Sequence record: LR880803
Source of the DNA: Escherichia phage Barry
Strand: one strand, 5' to 3'
Length of the DNA: 64,000 nt
Below the pieces are notes generated by a model, which worked only from the letters and a program-made list of their open reading frames with translations, was not told the DNA's origin and made no database searches. The translations under genes were made by a program, and so were the position numbers. Positions 44,201 to 54,657 of this stretch are shown piece after piece; the stretch's first letter is position 1, and each line of letters starts with the position of its first letter.

Positions 44201-46178
44201 AGGTCGTAAATTGAAAGAGGCTGGTCAGTTTATTGGTCATTGTGCATGTCCACGTTGTGGTTCATCAGATGCTGGTTCAATCTATCATCATGACGATGAT
44301 TCTTATTCGATGACTTGCTTTAGTTGTAACAAAGGTTTCCCAGAGTGGGATTTTGATAAAGGACAAATCGTGAGCACTTATTCTACTGGTTCAGACAATA
44401 AAAACCGTACTTTCCGTGGAATGGATTTAGACGATGTGAAAGAAAACCTTGAAGCAATGGACTTAAAGGACAGGAAGATTCCTGCAAAAGTTCTTGAGCG
44501 TTTGGGTATCAAGGTTGACATTGACAGTGACGGTGAAATTGATGCACATTTCTACCCAACTTACAAACGCAATGAAGATGGCAAGCTAGAGCATGTTGGC
44601 TACCGTGTTCGTCACCGTTACCCAGAAGACCATCCAAAAGAGCACCTACGTGGTAAGTTAAAAGACTTCTCAGGTGGTGTTGGAGACATTAAAGGTGAAC
44701 TGGCAATGTTCGGTTCATGGATTGCTCCAGAAGGTGGTAACCGTCTATTCATCTGGGAAGGTGAGATGGAATGTGCGACAGCAATCTATATGACCTCTCT
44801 TGCGATTAAGGACAAGTCTCGTCGTAAGAATTACTGTCACGTATCTGTTCCATCAGGTGCAAACATTAAGTCTATCAAAGACAACTATCAGTACATTACA
44901 TCATTTGATGAAATTTACTTGTGCTTTGATAATGATGAAGCAGGTGCTAAAGCCACTAAAGAGGCTGCTGGCATTCTCCCTATCGAGAAGGTTCGTTTAT
45001 TCCAGTATCCAGAAGGCGTAAAAGACCTTAACGAGTGGTGGACAAAGTTCTATAAAGAGAAAGATACAGTTCTGGAAGGATTTAAGCAGCGTATCTACAA
45101 TGCACCCCGTTACTGTCCTGCTGGTATCAAGAACTTCGCAGATGGTTTTGAGGCAATGAAGAATCGTGGTCAGATTCCATTGATTCCTTTCCCAGAATCA
45201 TTCGGAGATTTGAACAGACTGACTTATGGTGGTTATGGGCTAGGTGAGATTACAACTCTGGCAGCACCATCTTCAGTGGGTAAATCAGCATACACTCGTG
45301 AAATGATTTACACAGCTTGGAAAGATACCGATTACAATATTGGTGTAATTCCTGTAGAGGATACCTATGAAGAGTTGATGGAGATGCTCTGTGCAATCCA
45401 CCTTAGCAAGCAGATTTCTGAGATTCCTTATGACGAACGTGATTGGGATGAATTGAAGGAAGCACACGCAGAACTATCTAAAGGTCGTCGTATCCACATC
45501 GTTGACCATCAAGGGGCAATTGACCAAGATAACTTGCTGGAATTTGTTGACTATCTTGTTAACAGTTTAGACTGTAAGATTATTATTCTTGACCCTATTA
45601 CGTTGGCTCTGTCACGTTCAGATACGGATGAAGAGGAAGTTTTGTCTGAGCTATTGCGTCGTTGCAAACGCTACCAGTATGCACAAGTGAACGTCTGTCA
45701 CGTTCGTAAGAGTGCAGGTGGTCAGAAGGCTAACTCTGAAGGTGGGGATATCTCTGAAGAGGATATTAAAGGCTCTGGTGCGTATTTCCAGATTTCTATG
45801 AACAACATTCTGTTAATGCGTAACAAGGTTGACCCAGACCCTGTTAAGAAAAACTTGACAAAAATCAAGCTAACTAAATGTCGTCGTCACGGTAAGTCAA
45901 CGGGTATTGCTGGTCATACTTGGTACAATCCAGATACAGGACGTCTCATTAAAGCATCTGGTTGTGGAGTTGACATTGATGGTGCAGCAGAAAATATTCG
46001 CCAACAGTTTGGCATTGGTGAAGCTGAAGACCATTACGATGACTCTTTGCCACATTATGAGGATGAAGTGTTTGACCGTGAGACTGGTGAAGTCTATACT
46101 GAAGAGCAGCGCCAAAGCTCAACGATTCCACCTGTATTAAGTGAGGATGCAGATGACTGCCCATTCGAAACTGAGTGA
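44193..46178 (+). CDS. DNA primase-helicase (T7 gp4-like)
   Basis: N-terminal zinc ribbon CPRCGSS...CFSCNKGF, central TOPRIM-like region, C-terminal helicase Walker A AAPSSVGKSAY; ATG at 44193 with SD gaagaggtg. Confidence 0.8.
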   Translation: MSKGRKLKEAGQFIGHCACPRCGSSDAGSIYHHDDDSYSMTCFSCNKGFPEWDFDKGQIVSTYSTGSDNKNRTFRGMDLDDVKENLEAMDLKDRKIPAKVLERLGIKVDIDSDGEIDAHFYPTYKRNEDGKLEHVGYRVRHRYPEDHPKEHLRGKLKDFSGGVGDIKGELAMFGSWIAPEGGNRLFIWEGEMECATAIYMTSLAIKDKSRRKNYCHVSVPSGANIKSIKDNYQYITSFDEIYLCFDNDEAGAKATKEAAGILPIEKVRLFQYPEGVKDLNEWWTKFYKEKDTVLEGFKQRIYNAPRYCPAGIKNFADGFEAMKNRGQIPLIPFPESFGDLNRLTYGGYGLGEITTLAAPSSVGKSAYTREMIYTAWKDTDYNIGVIPVEDTYEELMEMLCAIHLSKQISEIPYDERDWDELKEAHAELSKGRRIHIVDHQGAIDQDNLLEFVDYLVNSLDCKIIILDPITLALSRSDTDEEEVLSELLRRCKRYQYAQVNVCHVRKSAGGQKANSEGGDISEEDIKGSGAYFQISMNNILLMRNKVDPDPVKKNLTKIKLTKCRRHGKSTGIAGHTWYNPDTGRLIKASGCGVDIDGAAENIRQQFGIGEAEDHYDDSLPHYEDEVFDRETGEVYTEEQRQSSTIPPVLSEDADDCPFETE

Positions 46179-46248
46179 TAGTTATAAAAGAGAGGGGTTC
46201 ACACCCTTCTTTGAAGAAAAAAGTTTAAATAAATTTCAGGAAGAGTGT

Positions 46249-46277
46249 TTGACAAAGATTGATAGATTCTATAGAAT
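46249..46277 (+). promoter_or_regulatory. sigma70-like promoter (TTGACA-17-TAGAAT)
   Basis: -35 at 46249-46254, 17-nt spacer, -10 TAGAAT at 46272-46277; in the gap after the primase-helicase. Confidence 0.5.
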
Positions 46278-46430
46278 GCTCCTCATGAAATGCGATGGAG
46301 AGGTTGAGATAAAAGAAGATTTTCACCAGAGCATGATTACAGTCATCATTGCGCTGCCTCAGCATAATATTAGTTGGCTGTTTATAATTAAAGAAAATGT
46401 GTTTGAATATCAAGTATATCGGAGAATATC

Positions 46431-46580
46431 ATGAAACACTCTAAAGCATTTGAAAAAGTTTTTGGGGATTCCTTAAAAGCCACTGCTGGAAAACCAGCAA
46501 AGTACTATGAAGAAAAACGTGTAAGAACTGGAAAAACTGCACGTAAAGCAGCTTCTAAAGATAAGCACAACTTCCAGTAA
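46431..46580 (+). CDS. small basic protein (49 aa), absent from the ORF track
   Basis: ATG at 46431 preceded by ggagaa; Lys/Arg-rich product MKHSKAFEKVFGD...; between two promoters. Confidence 0.4.
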   Translation: MKHSKAFEKVFGDSLKATAGKPAKYYEEKRVRTGKTARKAASKDKHNFQ

Positions 46581-46587
46581 TTAGTAT

Positions 46588-46616
46588 TTGACAATAGAGT
46601 ATCAACAAATTAGAAT
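46588..46616 (+). promoter_or_regulatory. sigma70-like promoter (TTGACA-17-TAGAAT)
   Basis: -35 at 46588-46593, 17-nt spacer, -10 TAGAAT at 46611-46616, upstream of the SSB gene. Confidence 0.55.
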
Positions 46617-46652
46617 TGGTACTCTTCATAAATTGAGATAGAGGTTTAAATA

Positions 46653-47510
46653 ATGTCTAAAGTTGTTAAAATGAAAGCTCCGGTAGAGAAGTACAACGGT
46701 ACTGAACGTCAAACTCTGCGTTACCTGCTGAAAGATGTCTGGTTTTATTACCTGAACACTTCACCACGTCCGGGAAAAGGTAAGTCTATTGATAAAAAAT
46801 TCCCAGGAAAAGATTGTAACTACAGCGTATCAATTCTGGCAGAAGACGGTAACAAGCTCTTTAAAGAGTTTACTAAGTCTAAGAAAAATCCAGAAGGCTG
46901 GGATAAAGTTACTACTGAAGCAGTTGACGCAGATGACTTTGAAGAGAAGTTTGGTTGTAAGCCACCTTTTGAAGCAGACACTTACTACATCTTGAAAGTA
47001 AGTCGTGCAGCAGCTTATAAAGATGGTGCTGTATGGACAGCTAAACAGTCATTCCCTGTAATGCTGATTGAAGAAGTAAATGGTAAGCGTGTAGCTGTTA
47101 AGCAGCCGATGAAGAAAATCAAAGCTCAAGCATCTGATAAACATGAAGATGACAAGAACTATGATGTAATTCATCCAGATATCGCAGTTGGTAATGGTTC
47201 TTTTGGTAGTGTGATTCTTTCTACTCACTTCTACACTTTTGAGAACAATGTTCTGACAAAACCTATTCAGGAACAGTTTATCATTGATACTCTTGTACCT
47301 TACACTGGTGGTAACGGTGCTAATGGTGAACCTGAACTTGATGAAGATGAACTGGCTATGCTTGGTCTTGATGGTGTTGAAGATAACGGTGAAATCACTG
47401 AAGAAGACGCAACAGACCATAAACCTTCGAATGCTTCTGATGATGGTGATGATGAAGATTTGCCAGACCCAGATGACGAAGAAGATGAAGACTTCGATAC
47501 AGAAGACTAA
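46653..47510 (+). CDS. single-stranded DNA-binding protein with acidic C-terminal tail
   Basis: C-terminus DDGDDEDLPDPDDEEDEDFDTED is the acidic tail typical of phage SSBs; strong promoter and SD. Confidence 0.55.
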   Translation: MSKVVKMKAPVEKYNGTERQTLRYLLKDVWFYYLNTSPRPGKGKSIDKKFPGKDCNYSVSILAEDGNKLFKEFTKSKKNPEGWDKVTTEAVDADDFEEKFGCKPPFEADTYYILKVSRAAAYKDGAVWTAKQSFPVMLIEEVNGKRVAVKQPMKKIKAQASDKHEDDKNYDVIHPDIAVGNGSFGSVILSTHFYTFENNVLTKPIQEQFIIDTLVPYTGGNGANGEPELDEDELAMLGLDGVEDNGEITEEDATDHKPSNASDDGDDEDLPDPDDEEDEDFDTED

Positions 47511-47529
47511 TCTCTAAAAGTTACTTTAA

Positions 47530-47558
47530 AGCCCTGTACTTAGTATGGGGCTTTTTCA
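47530..47558 (+). terminator. rho-independent terminator
   Basis: Hairpin agcccc ... ggggct followed by TTTTT. Confidence 0.5.
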
Positions 47559-47572
47559 TATGGAGAGCCATA

Positions 47573-48613
47573 ATGGAGAAGTACACATTAACAAAACTTC
47601 CCGATTCAGTTACACATGTTTTTATTGACTCTGACAGTATTGCCTATAAAGGTGCTTGTGTAGTTGAGAAAGCAAAATATAAATATGTCAATAAACTCAC
47701 AGCAGAAGAATCTGAACCATTTGATAATGCGAAAGATGCTGCAAGATGGTTAGCAGACCAGAGAATCCTTGTGGAAGAACTTGGCCTGACATTTGATGAA
47801 GATGAATGGGAAAGACAGACTTGGAAAGAAGCTAAGAGTGAAAAAGAAGCTATCATGGCTACTCAACAGGTGCTTCAGGAATGGCTTAAGGTTGTTGGTA
47901 AAGAGAGAACTTGGGTAGGTTATTTAACAGAGAAAGGTGTGCATAAACATAAAGACATTAAAGGTCTTGAGCACCAATATCAAGGTAACCGCAAAGATGC
48001 TGTCACACCAACACACTTAGTTGCTTGTCGTGAGTATCTCCTGTCAAGACCAGAGTTCAAACTCTTAAAGGGGGGCTTCGAAGCCGATTCAATCGTAATT
48101 GCTAAAGCTGAAAAGATGGGTAAGAAAGCTGCTCTTATGAGTATTGACAAAGACCTTCGACAAGCTGAAGGGACTTATTGTATTGATATGACTTATGAAA
48201 AATCACCACTAATTTTTATCGCTGATAATAATGTTGGTAATATCTGGGATTGCCCTATCAAATCAAAACCAAAAGCTGCAAAAACAGTTGGTGTAGGTTT
48301 TAAATTCTTGTGTTATCAGGCTGTTGCTGGAGATAATGCAGACAACTACTTCGGCCTAAAAGGTGCTGGTAAAGTAGCTGTGATGAATGCTTTAGAGGGT
48401 AAAGAGACCTACAAAGAGTGTCTTGACGCTATCTATGAACTTTATGCTAAAAAAGACTCTTATACCTATGTGTCATGGGATGGACAGACCGTTACAAAGA
48501 CGCCGTTAGAGTTAATGGAACAGCATTTCTGGGTAGCATATCAAGAGAGAAATCCAAAAGATAATTTCTCTTTTAAGAAATATAATTGGGAGCCGTGTAT
48601 GAATGAAGATTAA
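47573..48613 (+). CDS. 5'-3' exonuclease (FEN / T7 gp6-like)
   Basis: N-terminal acidic motif VFIDSDSIAY and a GDNADNYFGLKGAGKVA helix-hairpin-like segment. Confidence 0.6.
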   Translation: MEKYTLTKLPDSVTHVFIDSDSIAYKGACVVEKAKYKYVNKLTAEESEPFDNAKDAARWLADQRILVEELGLTFDEDEWERQTWKEAKSEKEAIMATQQVLQEWLKVVGKERTWVGYLTEKGVHKHKDIKGLEHQYQGNRKDAVTPTHLVACREYLLSRPEFKLLKGGFEADSIVIAKAEKMGKKAALMSIDKDLRQAEGTYCIDMTYEKSPLIFIADNNVGNIWDCPIKSKPKAAKTVGVGFKFLCYQAVAGDNADNYFGLKGAGKVAVMNALEGKETYKECLDAIYELYAKKDSYTYVSWDGQTVTKTPLELMEQHFWVAYQERNPKDNFSFKKYNWEPCMNED

Positions 48614-49100
48614 AGGATTTGGCAATTGCCCTACCTATGGCCATTGGGTATCTTTATGTGGGGAAGTTGACCCCACTAAACATTTTGGCTTTGTCTATTT
48701 AGTGCACTGTAAGAAGACTGGACAATATTATATCGGAAAGAAACAGCTTAACAGTGTGACAAAAAGAAAAGTTGCTGGGAAGACTCGGAAGAAGGTAGTC
48801 ACTAAGGAGAGTGATTGGATGACTTACGAGACTTCTTCTGAGTATATTAAAAAAGATATTGAGAGCTTTGGAAAAGAATTTTTTGACTTTTACATTATTC
48901 AGACCTACTACACAAAAGGTGGCCTAGTCTATGGTGAAGCAAACCTTCAACATAAATTCGATGTAATGACAAAAAGGATTGACTCGAAGCTCAGACTCTT
49001 CTACAATGCCAATATTGCAGCAATTAAGTTTATTACTAAAGAAACTTATGAAGATGCTGAAAAAAGAATCCATAAGGTAATGAAAGCAAATTGTGCTTGA
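48603..49100 (+). CDS. GIY-YIG homing endonuclease-like protein
   Basis: GIY-YIG core FGFVYLVHCKKTGQYYIGKK; free-standing between replication genes. Confidence 0.55.
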   Translation: MKIKGFGNCPTYGHWVSLCGEVDPTKHFGFVYLVHCKKTGQYYIGKKQLNSVTKRKVAGKTRKKVVTKESDWMTYETSSEYIKKDIESFGKEFFDFYIIQTYYTKGGLVYGEANLQHKFDVMTKRIDSKLRLFYNANIAAIKFITKETYEDAEKRIHKVMKANCA

Positions 49101-49121
49101 TAACTATTGAGAGAGAATAAA

Positions 49122-49370
49122 ATGTTTAACAAAAGTAAAGCTGTGAGTCATGTAGCAAAAGTTGACAGTAAGATTGAAGAACTTGAGCGCATCCTTGCAA
49201 ATGCTAGAGAGTCAATAATTAAAGAAGTTGAAGCTGTTGAGTCTCAAATGCAGCACCTAATGCTTAAACGTCAAGAGCTACGTGAACATCTAGAATATAT
49301 TGAAACACGAGAGCTAAAGGTTAACAAATATTTTAAGGAGTCCGAATGTTTAACTCAAGAGAATCAGTAA
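49122..49370 (+). CDS. small coiled-coil protein
   Basis: ATG at 49122 with SD gagagag. Confidence 0.4.
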   Translation: MFNKSKAVSHVAKVDSKIEELERILANARESIIKEVEAVESQMQHLMLKRQELREHLEYIETRELKVNKYFKESECLTQENQ

Positions 49371-50101
49371 AAAACTGGAACCTTCGTTGTGGAAACACTC
49401 AAAAGCAACCTTACAGTGATGAGTATTGGGAATCTTTAAAATCTCAATCTCTGTGTATGCTTGAAGAAGCAAAAGAGCTTGTAAAAGCAATTGAAGAGAA
49501 AGACCCCATTGAGACACTGGATGCTCAGGCAGATTTGCAATATGTTCTTGACGGCTTGATTTATCTGTCACAACATGACCATAACGGTGCTATGAAAGCT
49601 GTTTGCCGTAATAATGACCTGAAGTACACAGATGACTATGAAGAAGCTTTAAAACGTCTTGCAGACATTGAAAAGCGTACTGGTCAAGAGTGTATTATCA
49701 GAATGTCAGTAGTTGATGGTAAAGAGTGGTATGCTATTGTTCGTGCAGCCGATGGGAAGATTATGAAGCAATCAAATCTCCCTAAAGTACAGCTTGGTGA
49801 ATACATTGTAGAACTTGAAAGCCAAGAACTTTTTGTGGTAGTATCTGAGACATGCGTTATCTGCAAAGGTATTGTAGGTAGCTTAAAGGATTTGGGTGTA
49901 GATGGTTTTGTAGAAGTTAATCCAATTACCTCTAAAGCAGATAAAGACTTCTGTAAAGAGAACGGACTATGGATTGCAGATATTGTCTACTATGATGGTG
50001 AGCAGTTCCATGTAACCTCATACCCGAAACTGAATTATGATGCTAATAACCTGAAGTGCTGGTTAAAAGGGGTTGGTTATAATGGATTCACAGAACATTA
50101 A
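49346..50101 (+). CDS. hypothetical protein, possibly MazG-like nucleotide pyrophosphohydrolase
   Basis: N-terminal helical segment EEAKELVKAIEEKDPIETLDAQADLQYVLDGL resembles an all-alpha NTP-PPase core; weak. Confidence 0.3.
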   Translation: MFNSRESVKNWNLRCGNTQKQPYSDEYWESLKSQSLCMLEEAKELVKAIEEKDPIETLDAQADLQYVLDGLIYLSQHDHNGAMKAVCRNNDLKYTDDYEEALKRLADIEKRTGQECIIRMSVVDGKEWYAIVRAADGKIMKQSNLPKVQLGEYIVELESQELFVVVSETCVICKGIVGSLKDLGVDGFVEVNPITSKADKDFCKENGLWIADIVYYDGEQFHVTSYPKLNYDANNLKCWLKGVGYNGFTEH

Positions 50102-50405
50102 TAAAGAGGGTGTAGCTCAGAAGAGCCACTTCTCAAACTACAATATTTCTATGACGGTGTTTATGAATGACCCGTTACTAGAAAAATATGGTGAGACTCC
50201 AGATACACTTCTGGACAATGAACAAGTTTTAAAAGCAGTCCTGTACAAATACGGTATTGATATTGAGAAAGAGTATTCTTTTGAAATCTGCCAACACAGA
50301 AACACTTTTGGTAAAGTTGTGATGGCTCCACTCTTTATGGGCGTAGAAAGGACTGACTATGGTTGGTTGTATCTAAAAAGAAACTTGGAGAAATACCGTG
50401 TCTAA
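50073..50405 (+). CDS. hypothetical protein
   Basis: 110-aa ORF. Confidence 0.35.
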   Translation: MVIMDSQNINKEGVAQKSHFSNYNISMTVFMNDPLLEKYGETPDTLLDNEQVLKAVLYKYGIDIEKEYSFEICQHRNTFGKVVMAPLFMGVERTDYGWLYLKRNLEKYRV

Positions 50406-50733
50406 AACAAAAAAGCTATCTTATGATGACATCATCTCAGGTGCTAAGTTAGGTGTTGACAGTATCGGACAAGATATCAAGCACGGAGACACAGTTATGT
50501 ACTGTGATGACCGAAGAGGAAGAAGCGCAATCTTGTTTGGGAGAATTGTTTGCAAGATGCGAGGTAATTATGTTGTTGCAGACATGGATGTGAACGTTAC
50601 ACAAAAACTTGAAACGATTATGGGTGATAATACACCGTCATGGCTCCTGAATTGTATGCACACCTCGTCAGTCACAAAAGTAAGTGATAAGTTTTACGAT
50701 ATGTGGCAGAATGAGCAAATTTTCAAGATTTAA
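50398..50733 (+). CDS. hypothetical protein
   Basis: 111-aa ORF with probable GTG start; followed by a terminator. Confidence 0.35.
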   Translation: MSKTKKLSYDDIISGAKLGVDSIGQDIKHGDTVMYCDDRRGRSAILFGRIVCKMRGNYVVADMDVNVTQKLETIMGDNTPSWLLNCMHTSSVTKVSDKFYDMWQNEQIFKI

Positions 50734-50737
50734 ACTA

Positions 50738-50762
50738 TGGAGCCTCTTCGGAGGCTCTTTTC
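50738..50762 (+). terminator. rho-independent terminator
   Basis: Hairpin ggagcctc-ttcg-gaggctc followed by TTTT. Confidence 0.6.
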
Positions 50763-50779
50763 ATCTGTAGGATTCAAAA

Positions 50780-53014
50780 ATGATTAAGACAATTAAAAAA
50801 TCAAACGGTACAGTAGTAAGCTTTGACCCAGAAAGACTGAATAAGTGGGCATCATGGGCAGATAAACGTGGGATTATCTGGTCAGAAGTCACTATGGAAG
50901 CCATGAAACGTGTCTATGAGGGTTGCACTACAAAAGAGATGCACCAAGCCATGATTGATGTTTGTGTTGATAAACAAACTCAAGAGTACTCAGATATGGC
51001 TGGACGACTGCTTTTGGGTATTATCTACAAAGAAGCCTTTGGAGGCTTTACTAAGGTTCCTACGCTGATTACCTTCGTTAAAAATATGGAGAGAGCAGGA
51101 CTTTGGGAGAAGATGGACTATTCACAGGAAGAGCTTGAATACCTGCAAGGTTACATCGTACACTCAAAAGATATCTCTTACGGTTATGCAGTCTTAAAAC
51201 AGTTCAGAGACAAGTATGGTATCCGTGATATTAAAACGGGAAGACTTTTTGAGTCACCACAATTTATGTTTATGGGTATGGCTATGAAAGCCTTTGAGAA
51301 GCAACCAAAGCACCGTAGACTGCAAGATGTTATCAAGCTGTACACTTACCTATCTGACCTGAAGATTAACGCTCCTACGCCTTATTTAAACGGTTTAAGA
51401 GCAACTAAATCAGGCTATGCGTCATGCTGTTTGATTAAGGCAAATGATACTGCTGAATCACTTGGTATTGCTGCAAAGGTTGCTTATGATATGACTACAA
51501 AGCAAGCTGGTATTGGGATGCTGATGGAGACTCGCACTATTGGTGATGGTATCCGTCAAAATACTATTGAGCACATGGGTAAGCTACCTTATTACAAGCT
51601 TGTACGTTCATCTGTAGAGGCAAATAAACAGAAGAGTCGTGGTGGTTCAGCTAATAACTTCTACACTGCTCTAGACCCGCAGATTGAAGATTTACTGCGT
51701 TTGAAGCACCCTACAACGGTTCCTTCTAAACGTATTAATGAGATGGACTACTCATTCGGCACAAACGATTATTTCTGGCAGTGTGTTCAGTATGATACAG
51801 ATTGGTTGCTATTCTCTTACAAAGATGCACCAAAACTCTATGACATGTTCTACACAGCATCTGCTGATGAGTTTGCTATGGCAGTTGGTCATGCAGTACA
51901 TTCAGGTGTTAAGCACAGACGGGTAAAGGCTCGTGAAATTGCTAAGCTGTTTATTCAACAGCGTTATGCTACAGGCCGTGTGTATCCATTCTTCACTAAC
52001 AATGCAAACACACATACACCATTTAAAGAACCATTGAAGATGTCAAATCTTTGTATGGAAATTGTATTGCCAGTGTATGGTTTTGAGAAAGAGACAGACC
52101 TTTACAGAGACGATGCTGTGAAAGAGGATGGTGAGGTGGCTCTTTGCTTCCTAGCTAGTTTGGTTGCAGGGAGAATTTCAGAAGATGAATACGCTGACGT
52201 TGCTTATTATGCTCTTGCAATGGTTGACTCCGTTATTGACCTTATGGATTATCCGTATCCGTCGATGCGTAACCATGTTCAGAAGCGTCGTTCTGTTGGG
52301 ATTGGCCTTACAAATGTGGCTCATTACCTTGCGAAGAACTACGTGAACTACTCTTCACGAGCAGGTAAAACGAAACTTCATGAACTTGCAGAGATGCACT
52401 CTTACTATCTGCATGAAGCCTCTCTGAGACTTGCTAAAGAGCGTGGTGTTCCAGAGTACATGAAGTTCACTAAGTATCCTGAAGGCTGGGTTCCTCCAAA
52501 GACAGCCAACAAGAAGATTGATGAAAAGCATGATGCAAAACTACGATATGATTGGGATGACTTAGCACAACGTATCAAAGAAAATGGTGGAATCCGAAAC
52601 TCTGTATTAGAAGCTTACATGCCTAATGAGAGTTCTTCACTGGCAACTAATACGACAAATGGCCTGTACCCAATTCGTGACTTTATTTTAACTAAAAAGT
52701 CTGCAACTGGTAACGTGTTGTTTATTGTTCCAGATTATGAAGAGTTGAAGTATGTATATGAAATTGCTTGGGGTATTGACACCTTTGACCTGATTGATTG
52801 TTATGCAATTGTTCAAAAGTTCACTGGTCAAGCTATCTCTTCAGATTTTTATGTTGACTACGCAAAAGCTAAGAAGGTATCATTAGCTCAAGCTTTGAAA
52901 TACATGATTTATGCTAACTCAGTAGGTATGAAAACCATGTACTACCTTAACAGTCGCATTGGTGTAGGTAAATCTGCACTACAAGATGCTTATTGCGAGG
53001 GTTGTGGTGTTTAG
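50780..53014 (+). CDS. nrdA: ribonucleoside-diphosphate reductase large subunit (class I, NrdA-like)
   Basis: N-terminal ATP-cone-like region, catalytic core (NLCMEI) and C-terminal CEGCGV cysteine pair. Confidence 0.8.
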   Translation: MIKTIKKSNGTVVSFDPERLNKWASWADKRGIIWSEVTMEAMKRVYEGCTTKEMHQAMIDVCVDKQTQEYSDMAGRLLLGIIYKEAFGGFTKVPTLITFVKNMERAGLWEKMDYSQEELEYLQGYIVHSKDISYGYAVLKQFRDKYGIRDIKTGRLFESPQFMFMGMAMKAFEKQPKHRRLQDVIKLYTYLSDLKINAPTPYLNGLRATKSGYASCCLIKANDTAESLGIAAKVAYDMTTKQAGIGMLMETRTIGDGIRQNTIEHMGKLPYYKLVRSSVEANKQKSRGGSANNFYTALDPQIEDLLRLKHPTTVPSKRINEMDYSFGTNDYFWQCVQYDTDWLLFSYKDAPKLYDMFYTASADEFAMAVGHAVHSGVKHRRVKAREIAKLFIQQRYATGRVYPFFTNNANTHTPFKEPLKMSNLCMEIVLPVYGFEKETDLYRDDAVKEDGEVALCFLASLVAGRISEDEYADVAYYALAMVDSVIDLMDYPYPSMRNHVQKRRSVGIGLTNVAHYLAKNYVNYSSRAGKTKLHELAEMHSYYLHEASLRLAKERGVPEYMKFTKYPEGWVPPKTANKKIDEKHDAKLRYDWDDLAQRIKENGGIRNSVLEAYMPNESSSLATNTTNGLYPIRDFILTKKSATGNVLFIVPDYEELKYVYEIAWGIDTFDLIDCYAIVQKFTGQAISSDFYVDYAKAKKVSLAQALKYMIYANSVGMKTMYYLNSRIGVGKSALQDAYCEGCGV

Positions 53015-53069
53015 TTTTAACAACTATGAGGGTCGTAAAAGACCATCTAAAAATAACTTTGGAGAGACC

Positions 53070-53345
53070 ATGTTAGAACTTATTAAAGCTGCAAGATTGA
53101 GAAGTAAAGATAGCTCATTGTATTTGTATTATGCGCCAAGAAAATCACTGTACTATATTGCAGATTTAGATTTAAAAGTTAAAATGCCAGATGGCTCTTG
53201 GAAAGAGCATATACGTTACACTGACTGTTTCAATCCTAAACAGACATATGCAAGGCCACTTGACATGTTTAAAACCGAACGCTGGGTTGTAATGACAACA
53301 CCTGAAGCCAGAGAATTTCTTAATACAGGAAGATTACCAGAATGA
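53070..53345 (+). CDS. hypothetical protein between nrdA and nrdB
   Basis: ATG at 53070 with SD ggagag; the track start at 52986 overlaps nrdA. Confidence 0.4.
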   Translation: MLELIKAARLRSKDSSLYLYYAPRKSLYYIADLDLKVKMPDGSWKEHIRYTDCFNPKQTYARPLDMFKTERWVVMTTPEAREFLNTGRLPE

Positions 53346-54415
53346 TTAACCAACACCCAATCTTTTTAGGTGGTGAGAGAAAAACTTTTGACTCACTTAA
53401 CAAGCACTACCCAAAAATCTTTGAACTTTATAAACAACAAAAAGCACAAGACTGGTCAGAAGATGAGTTCCCTTTTGAACAATCACGTCTTGATTTTGAG
53501 AGTGTCCCAGCATCAATGTCAGGTGTAATGCTTGAGATTCTTAAGTGGCAATGGGAAGCGGATACTCAAGTTGCTAAGAGCTTGGCATTTGCCTTTGCAC
53601 CCTTTATTTCTGATGACATCTATGCAACTGCAATTATGAAGCAGTCTGAGATTGAAAACCTACATGCTCTTACTTACTCAGAGATTGTAAGGCAATGTAT
53701 TAAAAACCCTGAAACAATCTTAGATGAGATTAACCAGAATGTTGCTGTACAAGACCGATTAAAAACTGTGAATCGTGTTCTTGAAGAATTACTAGATGAA
53801 GGTATAAACTACCGACTGAGTTATGTCCGTGGCTCACTTCTGGACAAAGACCCTTTACACTTCCATAAAGTGATTCTGAAAGGTCTATTTGCAGTGACTG
53901 CACTGGAAGGTATATCTTTTATGGCATCCTTTGCATGTACTTTTGCACTTGATGCTCAAGATAAATTTCAGGGTATTGCTCAAGCGGTACAGAAAATTAT
54001 GCTTGACGAAATCCTTCACACTAAAATTGATATTGAAGTTTTAAAAGAAACTTTAAGAGATGATGAGTGGCAGAAAGCTTTTCAACAAATTCTTCCAGAG
54101 ATTAAAGTAATCTTAGATGAAGTAGTTGAAAGTGAAGAGAAATGGTCGTATTATATCTTCTCCGAAGGACGTGCTGTAGTTGGCTTAAATACAAAGCTTC
54201 TTCATGAGTGGGTTTACTATAATGCTGCCCCGCTGTATGACATGTTTGGCATTCAAAGAGATTTTGTAGCTCCTAAAGAACCACCTTTGAAGTACATGAT
54301 TAAGAAGATGGAAATTGATAAAGAGCAGAATGCTAATCAGGAGCAACAGAACGGTGCGTACCTGTTGAATACTGTTGTAGACGATTTGAATAGTGGATTT
54401 TTAGAGGTTCCTTAA
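53342..54415 (+). CDS. nrdB: ribonucleoside-diphosphate reductase small subunit (NrdB-like)
   Basis: Ferritin-like protein directly downstream of nrdA with conserved E/H-containing helices. Confidence 0.75.
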   Translation: MINQHPIFLGGERKTFDSLNKHYPKIFELYKQQKAQDWSEDEFPFEQSRLDFESVPASMSGVMLEILKWQWEADTQVAKSLAFAFAPFISDDIYATAIMKQSEIENLHALTYSEIVRQCIKNPETILDEINQNVAVQDRLKTVNRVLEELLDEGINYRLSYVRGSLLDKDPLHFHKVILKGLFAVTALEGISFMASFACTFALDAQDKFQGIAQAVQKIMLDEILHTKIDIEVLKETLRDDEWQKAFQQILPEIKVILDEVVESEEKWSYYIFSEGRAVVGLNTKLLHEWVYYNAAPLYDMFGIQRDFVAPKEPPLKYMIKKMEIDKEQNANQEQQNGAYLLNTVVDDLNSGFLEVP

Positions 54416-54657
54416 TGACTTATGTAATTTACTCCAAAACTGGATGCCCTCAGTGTGAGACTGCAAAGAATTTTGCAAAAGCTCGTGGTATTGACCACGT
54501 TGTGAGAATGTTAGGGCAGGATTATGAGCTATCAGACCTGATGGATATTGCACAGATGCCAGTTCGTCAGATGCCATTCATCATGAAAACTGATGGACAA
54601 AACCTAAAACCTGTTGGTACGCTACAGAATTTTATGGCAGAGGTGAATAATGCTTAA
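54415..54657 (+). CDS. nrdH: glutaredoxin-like protein (NrdH/Grx)
   Basis: 80 aa with CPQC redox motif; coupled to the nrdB stop. Confidence 0.7.
   Translation: MTYVIYSKTGCPQCETAKNFAKARGIDHVVRMLGQDYELSDLMDIAQMPVRQMPFIMKTDGQNLKPVGTLQNFMAEVNNA

Noticed and set aside
46141-46434. Track ORF 46141..46434
   Set aside because: It spans the strong promoter at 46249..46277 and has no ribosome-binding site; the small ORF at 46431..46580 downstream of that promoter is more plausible.
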